This document shows, one piece after another, positions 11,457 through 24,100 of a stretch of DNA of 64,000 bases. A model generated the notes under the pieces. That model had not been told where the DNA came from. It did no database searches and was given only the letters and a program-made list of their open reading frames with translations. Both the position numbers and the translations under genes were made by a program. This DNA comes from Macrostomum hystrix (Eukaryota; Animalia; Platyhelminthes): the NCBI GenBank assembly GCA_950097015.1, contig CATNEN010000030.1, forward strand, positions 3,410,001-3,474,000. Reading direction: 5' to 3'. The first letter of the stretch is position 1, and the number at the start of each line of letters is the position of its first letter.

Positions 11457-12253
11457 AGTTTCAATCAATCTAAATTGACGCAATCGCAAAAACTGTGCTT
11501 ATTTAAAATGTGTCTGAGAACACATAAGGAAAACTGAAGGGCACACTCGTAATCAATGTAAAGCTTGACGCCCGTGACTTGACAGATAGTGATATTGAAA
11601 AAAACACAATGAGTTTGCATACCTGTACAGTGAAATGCATGCACTGCTTATTCCAAATCCTCATGATAGTTCTCCGCTTTAGCTTTCATTGAAAAAATAC
11701 CCTGCCATAAATCTTTCTGTGCGCTAGTACAAAAACCCTCGCCCCAGTGTCATTCTATTCTTAACCTGGCTGTAGATCTACCTGTATTAGCTGATCAATT
11801 ATGCAAGAGCAGCTGCATCAAGTAAGCGAATTAATTATCTCCACACAGAAACTGCCGCCCACGCAGACTTGTTGTAAAAAAGGCCTCACTAAATAGTGTA
11901 TCTTTTACTATTTATTTCCGTTTCTTCTCTGCCCGTGCATATTAGCTCGCATTGTTTTAGCGAAATACTATCTAGCTTTTTGAATAACTTTTTAAGTAGT
12001 AAATTTAATTCTAGTAGATTTTAGTAGCAACAAGTGCCTGACATTAATGTACAATAGATAACTGGGAACATTTTTTAGGACACACCCTGTGTCGCAGTAA
12101 AATAATAGTGACTGGCACATTTTACAATGCTTTTATTTCACTCCCGCCTTTCACAATTCGCAATCGAGTCAATTAAGTAATTTCATGTCCAGGAAACTAC
12201 TAATAGTAGGTTAAATGCGCAAAGTGTACTAGTATATACCCGGCCTAATATTT

Positions 12254-12646
12254 TTAGGGCGATTGAGTTTCGGCCACAGTGTCCGAGTCCTCAGTCGCGT
12301 CCTCTTCGCTGATGCCGACATCCTCTTCCTCCTCTTCGTCGTCCATCTCTTCGTCCTCTTCTTCCTCCTCGTCATCTTCTTCTTCTTCCTCTTCCTCTTC
12401 GTCCTCGTCGTTACCGGCGCCGTCTTCGTCCGAGGAGGCGCGCGAGCCGGAGGCGCCGGGCCGAGGGGCTGGCGCAGTCATGCGGCACAGCTGCTTGGCT
12501 GCGGCATTGAATTTGGCATTCAGCTGCGCCTCCAGCCGGCTGAGCAGCTCCTCCTCGTTGACGGGCCCGTCTGGATCAAACCAGCAGTGGCTGGCTAGCG
12601 GGGGCTGGGCCTCCGAGAACAGCGTGGCGGTTGGTAGGCCGGCCAT
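12254..12646 (-). CDS. ANAPC15: Anaphase-promoting complex subunit 15-like, 130 aa
   Basis: TLFSEAQPPLASHCWFDPDGPVNEEELLSRLE resembles the APC15 N-terminus as I recall it (LFPSLFPR..LWFNLDRPCVEETELQQQE), followed by the typical long Asp/Glu tail. AATAAA on the minus strand at 12132-12137. Confidence 0.7.
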   Translation of the reverse strand: MAGLPTATLFSEAQPPLASHCWFDPDGPVNEEELLSRLEAQLNAKFNAAAKQLCRMTAPAPRPGASGSRASSDEDGAGNDEDEEEEEEEEDDEEEEEDEEMDDEEEEEDVGISEEDATEDSDTVAETQSP

Positions 12647-12694
12647 TTATCACAGTCAGGACAGCTGCTGCAGCACAGTCGGTCAGTAAGGGAA

Positions 12695-12702
12695 CTAGAA
12701 AA
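12695..12702 (-). promoter_or_regulatory. Candidate (trans-)splice acceptor TTTTCTAG upstream of ANAPC15
   Basis: ttttggaattttctag lies 48 nt before the ATG, immediately after the 28-bp array. Confidence 0.45.
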
Positions 12703-12719
12703 TTCCAAAAATCTTATCT

Positions 12720-12990
12720 AAATGAGATCTGATCCCACAAAATCTCATTCTCTAGACTGATCCCACAAATCTCATTCTCTAGATTGATCCCACAAAATCT
12801 CATTCTCTATACTGATCCCACAAAATCTCATTCTCTAGATTGATCCCACAAAATCTTATTCTCTAGACTGATCCCACAAAATCTCATTCTCTAGACTGAT
12901 CCCACAAAATCTTATTCTCTAGACTGATCCCACAAAATCTCATTCTCTAGACTGATCCCACAAAATCTCATTCTCTAGACTGATCCTACG
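12720..12990. repeat. 28-bp minisatellite
   Basis: Unit tctagactgatcccacaaaatctcattc, about 9-10 copies. Confidence 0.95.
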
Positions 12991-13371
12991 AATTAAATCT
13001 CAACTTTTAGACTTTTACTGACGGCAAACAAACTTTTATGAGGCAAGCTTTTCTTATGACATTCGCTGGTAAAAGTTTAATAACGAATTTGTTACAAAGG
13101 CAGCTCATAAAAATGGGCAAATTTCAATGAATTCAATATATTTAACTCCAATGTTGTTTAACAAATGCAAGATCGTTAGTTAAGCTACAAGTACAATCCT
13201 TTAATGCATATTTGCTAACATATAGAGAGTAGCCTTAATAGACAAACAAGCAAAATGACGTTTTGATTGAGAAAGATCGCAAAGGTATAGTTCAAATAAG
13301 GCCAAAGTACATTCTCAATTGGCCTGTCCACATTCAACAGACTTGGTCCATTTTTTTATCTGAATTATTCT

Positions 13372-13816
13372 CTGACCTGACACCCTCTCATGATCCTCTC
13401 TGACACCCTATGATCCTCTGCCACCCCATGATCCTCTCTGACACCCCATGATCCTCTCTGACAGCCTATGATCGTCTGACAACCCATGATCCTCTCTGAC
13501 ACTCTATGATCCTCTCTGACACCCCATGATCCTCTCTGACACTCTATGATCCTCTCTGACACCCCATGATCCTCTCTGACACCCCATGATCCTCTCTGAC
13601 AGCCTATGATCGTCTGACAACCCATGATCCTCTCTGACACTCTATGATCCTCTCTGACACCCCATGATCCTCTCTGACAGCCTATGATCCTCTGCCACCC
13701 CATGATCCTCTCTGACACCCCATGATCCTCTCTGACACCCCATGATCCTCTCTGACACTCTATGATCCTCTCTGACACCCCATGATCCTCTCTGAAACCC
13801 TATGATCCTCTCTGAC
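13372..13816. repeat. 20-bp minisatellite directly after the COA7 stop codon
   Basis: Unit atgatcctctctgacacccc. Confidence 0.95.
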
Positions 13817-13818
13817 CA

Positions 13819-14808
13819 TCAACGTTTCTCCCATTTGCGTTGCTGAATCTTGGCATACTGCATGTACTGTCCATACTCCGAGGCCATGTCCTTAGCCCGC
13901 TGGGTCAGCCTGTCGGCCTCCTCGGGGTCCTTCGGCCCGCCATCGCCGCGCCGCATCATTACGGATAGGAGGCCGCAGCCGGCACCGTCGCCCACGTCGC
14001 AGGCGGTGCCAGCCAGCTGGCGAGCTTCGACAGTCCGGCCGGCCTGAATGTACTCCAGGGCGGCGCTGACGCAGGCGACCCCGGCGCCGTCGCGCTCGCC
14101 GGGGCCGAGGCATGCCCGACGGAGCATGGACAGGCCGGACTCCAGGTTGTCGCCGCCACTGCCGCCAGCACGGCCGGCGCGCAGACGAATGCGCCCGAGA
14201 CTGAGGCAGGAGCGTCTAGAGCCGTTAAAAAATTGGCCAGTCTTAGTGACAAGATAAGTCGAAATTACACATAACCCAGTTGGGCCAGGTGTACAGTCAG
14301 TGGCTCTGACATTGGTCTGATCTGAAATTGGCCTGACAGTCCAACCCCGCTGATCTGACATTGGCCTGACAGTCCAACCTGCTGATCCGACATTGGCCTA
14401 CCTGTGCTGCAGCTCATTGCAGGCCCTATCATAGTATTTCTCAGCTTCGGCGGAGTCGCAGTCGGGATGTGGCGGAGCTACAGTGGGATGGTCTCGCGGC
14501 CCATTCATCTTATAATTGGCGTACTTGAAGCAGCTCTCAGCGAAGCCGTGCTTGTCGCAATTGTACTTGAAGGCTTTGGCGCCTTCGGCAGGCAGTTTGC
14601 GCCACATGGAAAGCCACTGGCCGAGAGAATGGCAGGCGTCTTTGTTGCCGTCCTGGTAGCAGGCGTAGCTAAACTGGAAGCCGCGCTCACGCATCTGCTC
14701 CACAAGCTCATCCTCAGACTTCAGCTCCATCAGGCCGTGGTCCGGCCCGGCCGGGTCGTAGTCAGCGATGACGTCAGCTTCATCGGAGTCTTTTGAGGAT
14801 TTCGACAT
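13819..14808 (-). CDS. COA7: Cytochrome c oxidase assembly factor 7 (Sel1-like repeat protein), two exons (14808-14402, 14215-13819), 267 aa
   Basis: FSYACYQDGNKDACHSLGQWL...AFKYNCDKHGFAESCFKY...ACDVGDGAGCGLLSVMMRRGDGGPKDPEEADRL matches the COA7 pattern. The phase-2 intron AG|gtaggc...ctctag|A joins the two track ORFs in frame. Confidence 0.88.
14295..14398. repeat. Short tandem duplication inside the COA7 intron
   Basis: ctgacattggcctgacagtccaacc repeated about 3 times. Confidence 0.7.
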
Positions 14809-14819
14809 GCTCTTTCGGG

Positions 14820-14826
14820 CTGAAAA
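14820..14826 (-). promoter_or_regulatory. Candidate (trans-)splice acceptor TTTTCAG 11 nt upstream of the COA7 ATG
   Basis: Minus strand reads ccctcagttttcag|cccgaaagagcATG. Confidence 0.6.
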
Positions 14827-14857
14827 CTGAGGGATTATTCAAAACAGACTTTAGATA

Positions 14858-17125
14858 GATGCTACTGAGGGATGATGCAACTGAGGGATGATGCTACTGA
14901 GGGATGATGATACTGAGGGATGATGCTACTGAGGGATGATGCAACTGAGGGATGATGCTACTGAGCGATGATGCTACTGAGGGATGATGCTACTGAGGGA
15001 TGATGCTACTGAGCGATGATGCTACTGAGGGATGATGCTACTGAGGGATGATGCTACTGAGGGATGATGCTACTGAGGGATGATGCTACTGAGGGATGAT
15101 GCTACTGAGGGATGATGCTACTGAGGGATGATGCTACTGAGGGATGATGCTACTGAGGGATGATGATACTGAGGGATGATGCTACTGAGGGATGATGATA
15201 CTGAGGGATGATGATACTGAGGGATGATGCTACTGAGGGATGATGCTACTGAGGGATGATGCTACTGAGGGATGATGCTACTGAGCGATGATGCTACTGA
15301 GGGATGATGCTACTGAGGGATGATGCTACTGAGGGATGATGCTACTGAGGGATGATGCTACTGAGGGATGATGCTACTGAGGGATGATGCTACTGAGGGA
15401 TGATGCTACTGAGGGATGATGATACTGAGGGATGATGCTACTGAGGGATGATGATACTGAGGGATGATGCTACAGAGGGATGATGCTACTGAGGGATGAT
15501 GCAACTGAGCGATGATGCTACTGAGGGATGATGCTACTGAGGGATGATGCTACTGAGCGATGATGCTACTGAGGGATGATGCTACTGAGGGATGATGCTA
15601 CTGAGGGATGATGCTACTGAGGGATGATGCTACTGAGCGATGATGCTACTGAGGGATGATGCTACTGAGGGATGATGCTACTGAGGGATGATGCTACTGA
15701 GGGATGATGCTACTGAGGGATGATGCTACTGAGGGATGATGCTACTGAGGGATGATGCTACTGAGGGATGATGCTACTGAGGGATGATGATACTGAGGGA
15801 TGATGCTACTGAGGGATGATGATACTGAGGGATGATGATACTGAGGGATGATGCTACTGAGGGATGATGCTACTGAGGGATGATGCTACTGAGGGATGAT
15901 GCTACTGAGCGATGATGCTACTGAGGGATGATGCTACTGAGGGATGATGCTACTGAGGGATGATGCTACTGAGGGATGATGCTACTGAGGGATGATGCTA
16001 CTGAGGGATGATGCTACTGAGGGATGATGCTACTGAGGGATGATGATACTGAGGGATGATGCTACTGAGGGATGATGATACTGAGGGATGATGCTACAGA
16101 GGGATGATGCTACTGAGGGATGATGCAACTGAGCGATGATGCTACTGAGGGATGATGCTACTGAGGGATGATGCTACTGAGCGATGATGCTACTGAGGGA
16201 TGATGCTACTGAGGGATGATGCTACTGAGGGATGATGCTACTGAGGGATGATGCTACTGAGGGATGATGCTACTGAGGGATGATGCTACTGAGGGATGAT
16301 GCTACTGAGGGATGATGCTACTGAGGGATGATGATACTGAGGGATGATGCTACAGAGGGATGATGATACTGAGGGATGATGATACTGAGGGATGATGCTA
16401 CAGAGGGATGATGCTACTGAGGGATGATGCTACTGAGGGATGATGCTACTGAGCGATGATGCTACTGAGGGATGATGCTACTGAGGGATGATGCTACTGA
16501 GCGATGATGCTACTGAGGGATGATGCTACTGAGGGATGATGCTACTGAGGGATGATGATACTGAGGGATGATGCTACTGAGGGATGATGCTACTGAGGGA
16601 TGATGCTACTGAGCGATGATGCTACTGAGGGATGATGCTACTGAGGGATGATGCTACTGAGGGATGATGCTACTGAGGGATGATGCAACTGAGGGATGAT
16701 GCAACTGAGGGATGATGCTACTGAGGGATGATGCTACTGAGGGATGATGCTACTGAGCGATGATGCTACTGAGGGATGATGCTACTGAGGGATGATGCTA
16801 CTGAGGGATGATGCTACTGAGGGATGATGCTACTGAGGGATGATGCTACTGAGGGATGATGCTACTGAGCGATGATGCTACTGAGGGATGATGCTACTGA
16901 GGGATGATGCTACTGAGGGATGATGCTACTGAGGGATGATGCTACTGAGGGATGATGCTACTGAGGGATGATGCTACTGAGGGATGATGCTACTGAGGGA
17001 TGATGCAACTGAGGGATGATGCTACTGAGGGATGATGCTACTGAGGGATGATGCTACTGAGGGATGATGCTACTGAGGGATGATGCTACTGAGGGATGAT
17101 GCAACTGAGGGATGATGCTACTGAG
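14858..17125. repeat. 16-bp minisatellite, ~140 copies
   Basis: Unit ctgagggatgatgcta with recurring variants (gata, gcaa, gagcg). Confidence 0.97.
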
Positions 17126-17220
17126 GGCAGATGTTGCTGAGGGATGGTGCAACTAAGGGATGATGCTACTGAGGGCAGATGTTGCTGAGGGATGGTGCAA
17201 CTGAGGGCATGTTCAATGAG

Positions 17221-17460
17221 GACACTGAGGGCAGATGACACTGAGGACAGATGACACTGAGGGCAGATGACACTGAGGGCAGATGACACTGAGGGCAGAT
17301 GACACTGAGGGCAGATGACACTGAGGGCAGATGACACTGAGGACAGATGACACTGAGGGCAGATGACACTGAGGGCAGATGACACTGAGGGCAGATGACA
17401 CTGAGGGCAGATGACACTGAGGGCAGATGAAACTGGTGGCAGATGTTACTGAGGGCAGAT
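17221..17460. repeat. Sister 16-bp minisatellite
   Basis: Unit gacactgagggcagat, which shares ctgaggg with the adjacent array. Confidence 0.93.
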
Positions 17461-18131
17461 AGTTCAATTGATTGCTAGTAAACTTGTAAACAATATTCAC
17501 TAGAAGTTAATAGTACAATAGGAACGATGCAGAAGCGAAGAAAAAGGCCGCAATAGTTGTTTATAAAATCTATTAAAAGATCAGCAAAGTCAGTGCTGCG
17601 TAAAGATCATATTTGATCAGTTTGCAGTCATTGAACTTTTAAAGATGTACGCTCGTATTCGATTGAATTGGGAATGCTAAGATTCAGTTGAGAATCAGAA
17701 TGATAGGCGCCAGACAAAATTAAAATGTCTAGTTGAGAAGAACTCTTGAATTCACAGGCATATGCGTTTCTAATGATTAAATTTGTTACGAAAATATGAA
17801 ACAAAAAAAGAGAAATAGGAAAATCCTATACTTAATTATTTCTATATAGTATTGACTTATGATCAGATTATTGATCTTTGTGTTCTAATTAAGGGATATT
17901 TGGGTATGCGACTTAGCTTCATTGTGGCAATCAGAATTAACAAAACAGTAACAAAATTCCAAGAATTGTATATGCATCAAGATTACACAATAATTTACAA
18001 TAGTAATCAACTCCGAAATAGAACATCTGATAGCATACTACTGGCGATCACTACTCACATTGGCACACCAAATAAATCAAACTCTTAGTTTAGGTCTTTG
18101 TTTATCGTAGCAGAATTATAAGGCTGAAAGA

Positions 18132-21100
18132 TCACTTGGAGGACTTGGCCTGGCTGTAGAACTCCATCAGTGCGTAGGGGGGTATATAGAGCTCCAGCTT
18201 CTTCATTGGCACGCTTGATAAGAAGCAGTAGTCGCGCAGAAATACCAGTGTATTCACCAGATCGGCCGGATACTCCGGAGTCTTGGCCCTGCGACAGAGA
18301 GCGACAGAAAATGGGACATTAGAGTGATAGTGATAAAGTACTGATTTGAGTACGAATTCTTTAACCAATTTATCCTGCTCTTTAAACAATCAAATGAATA
18401 CGTTATTATAAATAAAAATACTTGATTACACCTGGCCCAATGGGGTCAGATGTGCAACCGACAGCACAGCCGCAGCTATTGCGTAGGGCATCTAAAGGCT
18501 GCGTACGGCTGTTCAGTCCATGGACTGGAAAAAACGCCACACCTACCCTCAATCGTTCCAGTGGAGTCAGGAATCGAACCCCCGACCTTCACGTCGTGAG
18601 AGTTCGAAGTTGCAATTTCTAGGCTAAAATCCCTCTAACCTAATAATAATAATTTTTTAAAGTGGAATGTGGGCATTAGCACATAGTTTAGTGACATTTG
18701 GTGATCTGGAGGCAACTACGAGGCAGTTCTGCCAATTCCGATAATCACTGAGCACACACTCACACAGGTGAGTACATGTGCCTTGACTGTCCTATTGTCA
18801 GGCAGTGCACATTATCACTGTGCCTTGGAGGCTTGGAGGCTTGGGGCGTAAATTGCACGACAAGCCCCCAAGCCTTTTCTCCGCAGCTGCGCCCCTAAAA
18901 CGAATGCGGCCTCGCCGCGGAATCGAGCTCAGGGCTGAGATTGGAACTTCAGATCCAAGGTGAACTCACTGTGGCAGCTGGTCCAGTTGAGAGCGCACCA
19001 GTTTGCCCAGCATTGCCAGCAGGTCATCCTGACTGTCCGAGTGGAACTGTCGCATCACGGTCACGCAGCCGGCCGTAAACGGCATACCATCGATGGTGCC
19101 GGGCCGCCTGGCTGTGAGGGTGGTGACGGACTTGTCAAATTGCAGAGCCTGCACAGCTCCGGTGATGGCTAGCAGCATCAGGGCTGGAATCAGCGGCTGG
19201 CTCTGAGTGGTCACGTAGATCTTGCTTAGCGGCTCGTGCATGCCTGCCATTGACAAGTGTTGGTTTGATCAACAGTTTGAGCATGAGCAACTGTTCTCTC
19301 ATCTGAATCAGCTCAGCCACAGCCACAGAGAGAGACTTGGCCGGCTTGCCGTGCAATTTACACCCTTGAGGGCCAACCTCCAAGGCACAGTGAGATTCTA
19401 CACTGCCTGGCGATTAGAAAGTCAGGGCAGATGTACACACCTATGTGAGTGCGTGTGCGCTCAAGAGTCAGCGAAATGTGCATAATTGCCTCCTCGCTGG
19501 CTGCAAGTCTACTGGCATACTGCCATTGCCCACAGCCCTCCGGTATATAACTTTGTTATTAAGTGCAAGACTACCTAATCTACTTTAATAACTAGAGTTC
19601 GAATCTACATCGCATGGACAAATGGAAGAGAAAGCTTGGCTAATCTCTAAGGGCTGACACGCAACAGATAGGAGATACTCAGTGGGAACTCAAATCCCCG
19701 AAATTCGTACCACTGGCCTCCAAGAATGAGACGACCTCGAACAGCAGGTCATTGTCCTCTGCCGGATACGGCTTACTGGGATCTCTGTAGTGCTCGTGAA
19801 TCTCGGCCAGCAGCGAGTCGTTGAGCGAACGCAGTACAGCGTGCATGCCCTTGGAGTTGAGCCTGGAGGAGCGGCACAGCTGGCCGGCCAGTTGCCTTCT
19901 GAGCAGCTGCAGCTGGCCAACCCGCAGAAGGCTGTCCGTCAGCTGCTGCAGCTGGCGCTGAAGCCGGCTGGAGGCGCCCGACAGCAGCTTGGCCGGGGCC
20001 TGTCCGGCAGGCAGCAGGCCGTCCAGCGGGCGCATGGACTCGGCCAGGCCAGTCAGCTGATCAACAGCCAGCTTGTCGTTGATCACGTGACGCCTGTACT
20101 GGCGCAGCAGAGTCTGCAACGAGCTGACCAGCATGAAACTCAGCAGCCGGTCTAGGCCAGACAGTCCGAAGCTGTCTAACGCGGTCTCCATGGCAATCCA
20201 GATGCGGGAGTCCAGTACCTCCTGGCGCGACTTCGCATCGTACCAGGCGGCCATCTGGTCTATGTAAACCGTCTGCTTGGGATCCGTGACGCGCAGCAGT
20301 TCGGTTGCTAGGCGACCAATAAAATTGACAGCACGATCGCCGGGCGGAGGTGCAAACTTTGGAATCGGGATGGCTTTAGACTGGTACACGGACTGGAAGT
20401 CCTGCACCTTCTCGCGCAGGAAACTGTTGCACTCCTGCTCCACGTTATAGTTGATGATGCGGCTCACCTGCGTGTGAGTGATTGGCTCATTAAAACTAGT
20501 TTAAGCTAACGCTACTAAAATATTTGGTCTCGTAATTTTAGATCAGAGTTCACTAAATATATCACCATGCTAGTATCGTTTGTGTTCCGTACTGTGTTAG
20601 ACCATATTATCTACTAGATATCTACCATATTATCTACTAGATATCTACCATATTATCTACTAGATTAGATTATCTACCCGATATCTACCATATACTTGTA
20701 CCATATCTTGTACTTGTACTTGTCATAAATTTTTGTAAGCGCACCTCCTCCTGCCAGATCTTGAGTCCGTAGATGTTCACATAGTCCTGAATGTACTCGA
20801 AGGACCTACGAAAGCCGTCCATTCGCTCGCCAAGGGTCAGCAGCCGGCTCTGCAGCTCGTTGGCTCTGCCAGCCTTGGGGTTGGCTGGAAAGATGAGCGC
20901 CTCGTGCAGCGCGAAAGCCACCTGAGCTACCAGCTCCTTGCGAATGCCATCCTCCAGCAGCTTCTGCGGATCCAGCTTCACAATGCCAACTAGAGTGGTC
21001 TTCATCGCCAGGATGCCTTCGCTGAATGTTGAGATCTCGTGGGTCAGCTGGGATACCTGGTAGCGCTCATCAAGCATGCCGTAGTCCTTCACCTTGTCTT

Positions 21101-24100
21101 TGTCTAGGCGAGTTGGCAGCTCCTTCAGTTTGTGCGTCTGAATGCCGATAATCTCTGCCAGCCGCTTGAACATGGTCTTGGGGATTACCTGCGGATGATG
21201 GCAGAACAGGGAGGCCTGGCTACCTTAAAATACCATTCTGTTACCATTGTGACAGGCATGCTAGAAATGGTATGCGGATGCTAGAAATGATATCTGGATG
21301 CTAGAAATGGTATCTGAATGCTAGAAATTATACCTGAATGCTAGAAATGGTACCTGAATGCTAGAAATGGTATCTGAATACTAGGAATGGTATCTGAATG
21401 CTAGAAATGATATCTGAATGCTAGAAATGGTATCTGAATGCTATAAATGGTATCTGAATGCTAGAAATGATATCTGAATGCTAGAAATGATACCTGAATG
21501 CTAGAAATGATATCTGAATACTAGGAATGGTATCTGAATGCTAGAAATGGTATCTGAATGCTAGAAATGGTATCTGAATGCTAGAAATGGTATCTGAATG
21601 CTAGAAATGATATCTGAATGCTAGAAATGGTATCTGAATACTAGGAATGGTATCTGAATGCTAGAAATGGTATCTGAATGCTAGAAATGGTATCTGAATG
21701 CTAGAAATTATACCTGAATGCTAGAAATGGTATCTGAATACTAGGAATGGTATCTGAATGCTAGAAATGGTATCTGAATGCTAGAAATGGTATCTGAATG
21801 CTAGAAATGATATCTGAATGCTAGAAATGGTATCTGAATGCTAGAAATTGTATCTGAATGCTAGAAACAATATCTGAATGCTAGAAACAATATCTGAATG
21901 CTAGAAATGGTATCTGAATGCTAGAAATGATATATGGATGCTAGAAATGACATATGGATGCTAGAAATGATATATGGATGCTAGAAATGATATCTGAATG
22001 CTAGAAATGACATATGGATTCTAGAAATGATAAGCGGATGCTAGAAATGATTTTCCATAATCTCAAAATAGTTGGGATTTCCCATATAAAATGACGATGA
22101 TTTTCATAAAACACAGGGAATTTACTATTAAATAAATTGAGATCTCCCATTAAATAATCTTTCTGGGATTTCCTTTTTAAAATGATGGCATATTCAGATT
22201 AGATGGTTGGGATTTCCGAATAAAATGATTGAGATTTAATTAGAGATAACTGGCATCCAGATAAAAATGGTACCTAAATTCATGAATTGCATTCCAGCGC
22301 TATAGATGAGCTCTACGCGTTAACCAATAGGAAATGGTAATGAATGAATTCGAAACGAATAGTCTGCATACCTGAAGCACTTTTCGCACATAGGTAACGA
22401 GTTCGGCTGAGTAGTACTGGCTAACACTAGCCAGATCTGGGCTATTAGCCTGGCTAATCCTAAGCAGCGGCTGTTCCATAGCTGTGGCCAGCTTCAAGAA
22501 CATGGCCTTGAGCTGAATGGTGATGCGTGGATTCCGTTGGATTCCAGCCTGCATGAAGTTGGTGTAGGTGTCAATGATCACCCAGGCGTAGCTGAGATCA
22601 GCAACAATGTCCAGATGGAGCAGCACTTCCTCCTTGACATTGATAATGCGCATCATCTGGTAGAGCTTGGCGCAGGTCTCCTGAAGGAACTGCACCACCT
22701 GCATGTTGGCATCTAACTGGTGAAATTCTTGCACCTCGCGCAGCGCCTGCATTAGCTGGTCCACCTTGCGGCCGGATTCGGTGGCGTTGGCAAAGTCCAG
22801 CTTGTCCACCTGCGGGAATGCGCAATAAATAACTAGTGCTCTAATTACACTTCATGCACATAATTTTTTTTAAGTTAGACGCTGGTTGTAGCCTAGTGGA
22901 GCATAGGACTCTCGACTTGAAGGTCGGGGGTTCGATTTCCGACTCCACTGGAACAATTTGCAAGACACTTAACTCTGGATTAAAATCTGGGTACCCCATT
23001 TAATAATATAATTGCTTAATTTTATATAATATTAACATTTAATATAACATTTAATATAATATTGCTTCAGTTTACCCAGATTTTAAATGGGTATCAGCAT
23101 CATCTTTGGCAATTGAGGATGGTGTGGCGTCCCCCTAGTCCATGGAGTGTACAGCCGTACGCAGCCTTCAGAAGCGATGCGCAATAGCTGCGGCTGTGCT
23201 GTCGACTGCACATTGCCAAATTAGGCCAGTTTTAATTAATTATTTATTAAGCTAATATTAAAGTTTAAGGATGCCTTGATTCTCTTAGTCTATGGTCTAG
23301 ACCAGGGGTGGGTCTATTGCCCTGGCCCGGTCTCTCCTGTCTCATCTCCCCCCTTCCCCCCTCTTATTTCTTCCGTTCTTCCGGCCCGCTATCGAAGCGT
23401 ATAAAGTTTGAAAAGAAACTAACCTGAGCTGCCAAATTGGCGAACCAGTCCTGCAGTTTAGCATTGGCTGTCACCCTAGTCAAGGGTTTAGTGCCGCTAA
23501 ACACGTCGCTTAGCTCGCGCAAACGTTCCGAGCATTCTACTTTTAGTGCGGCCCAGGTGTTCTCCTTGCGGCTGAGAATACCTGGAAAGGTTTGTTATGG
23601 GAAGATAAGCGAGAGGTCAGGAGTTCGAATCGCAGCCCTTGGTGGGGGGCAATTTGAGTTCTTCAGTCAATTAATTTCCCATGGCTTCACTTCACTCAGT
23701 GGTATAAATTCGTTTAATAGTAATTTCGAGCATCTGGTTTGTGTTTTCGAATCGGCCTGCACACCTGTGAAGACCTCCTTGAGTCTAAACTCAAACTGAG
23801 CAGTCAGGAGCAGCAGCTGGAATAGCTGTTCTCCATTGAAGCGACTCTCGGTCATCACGGTGTCGCGCAATAGCCGGCAAAGTTTGGTACGCTCCTGGGG
23901 CGGCGACAGGGGCGTTGTGTGCAGCATCAGCCAGCGCAGCGTGACGTTGCAGTCGCGAGCAGCGTTTAACAACTGCGGCACACGGTCTAGCACCAGATTG
24001 TCAACTAGGACACCTTCCTTTAACATGTCGGCTGTGCGGCTGATCAGTTCGCTCACTTTGGCACCGTGCATTGTGGCCTGGGTTAGGGGTTGAAGGTACA

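Noticed and set aside
22880-22950. Possible tRNA genes (also at 4215, 24135, 28950, 42945)
   Set aside because: Anticodon and acceptor stems do not pair and most heads continue into a shared SINE body.
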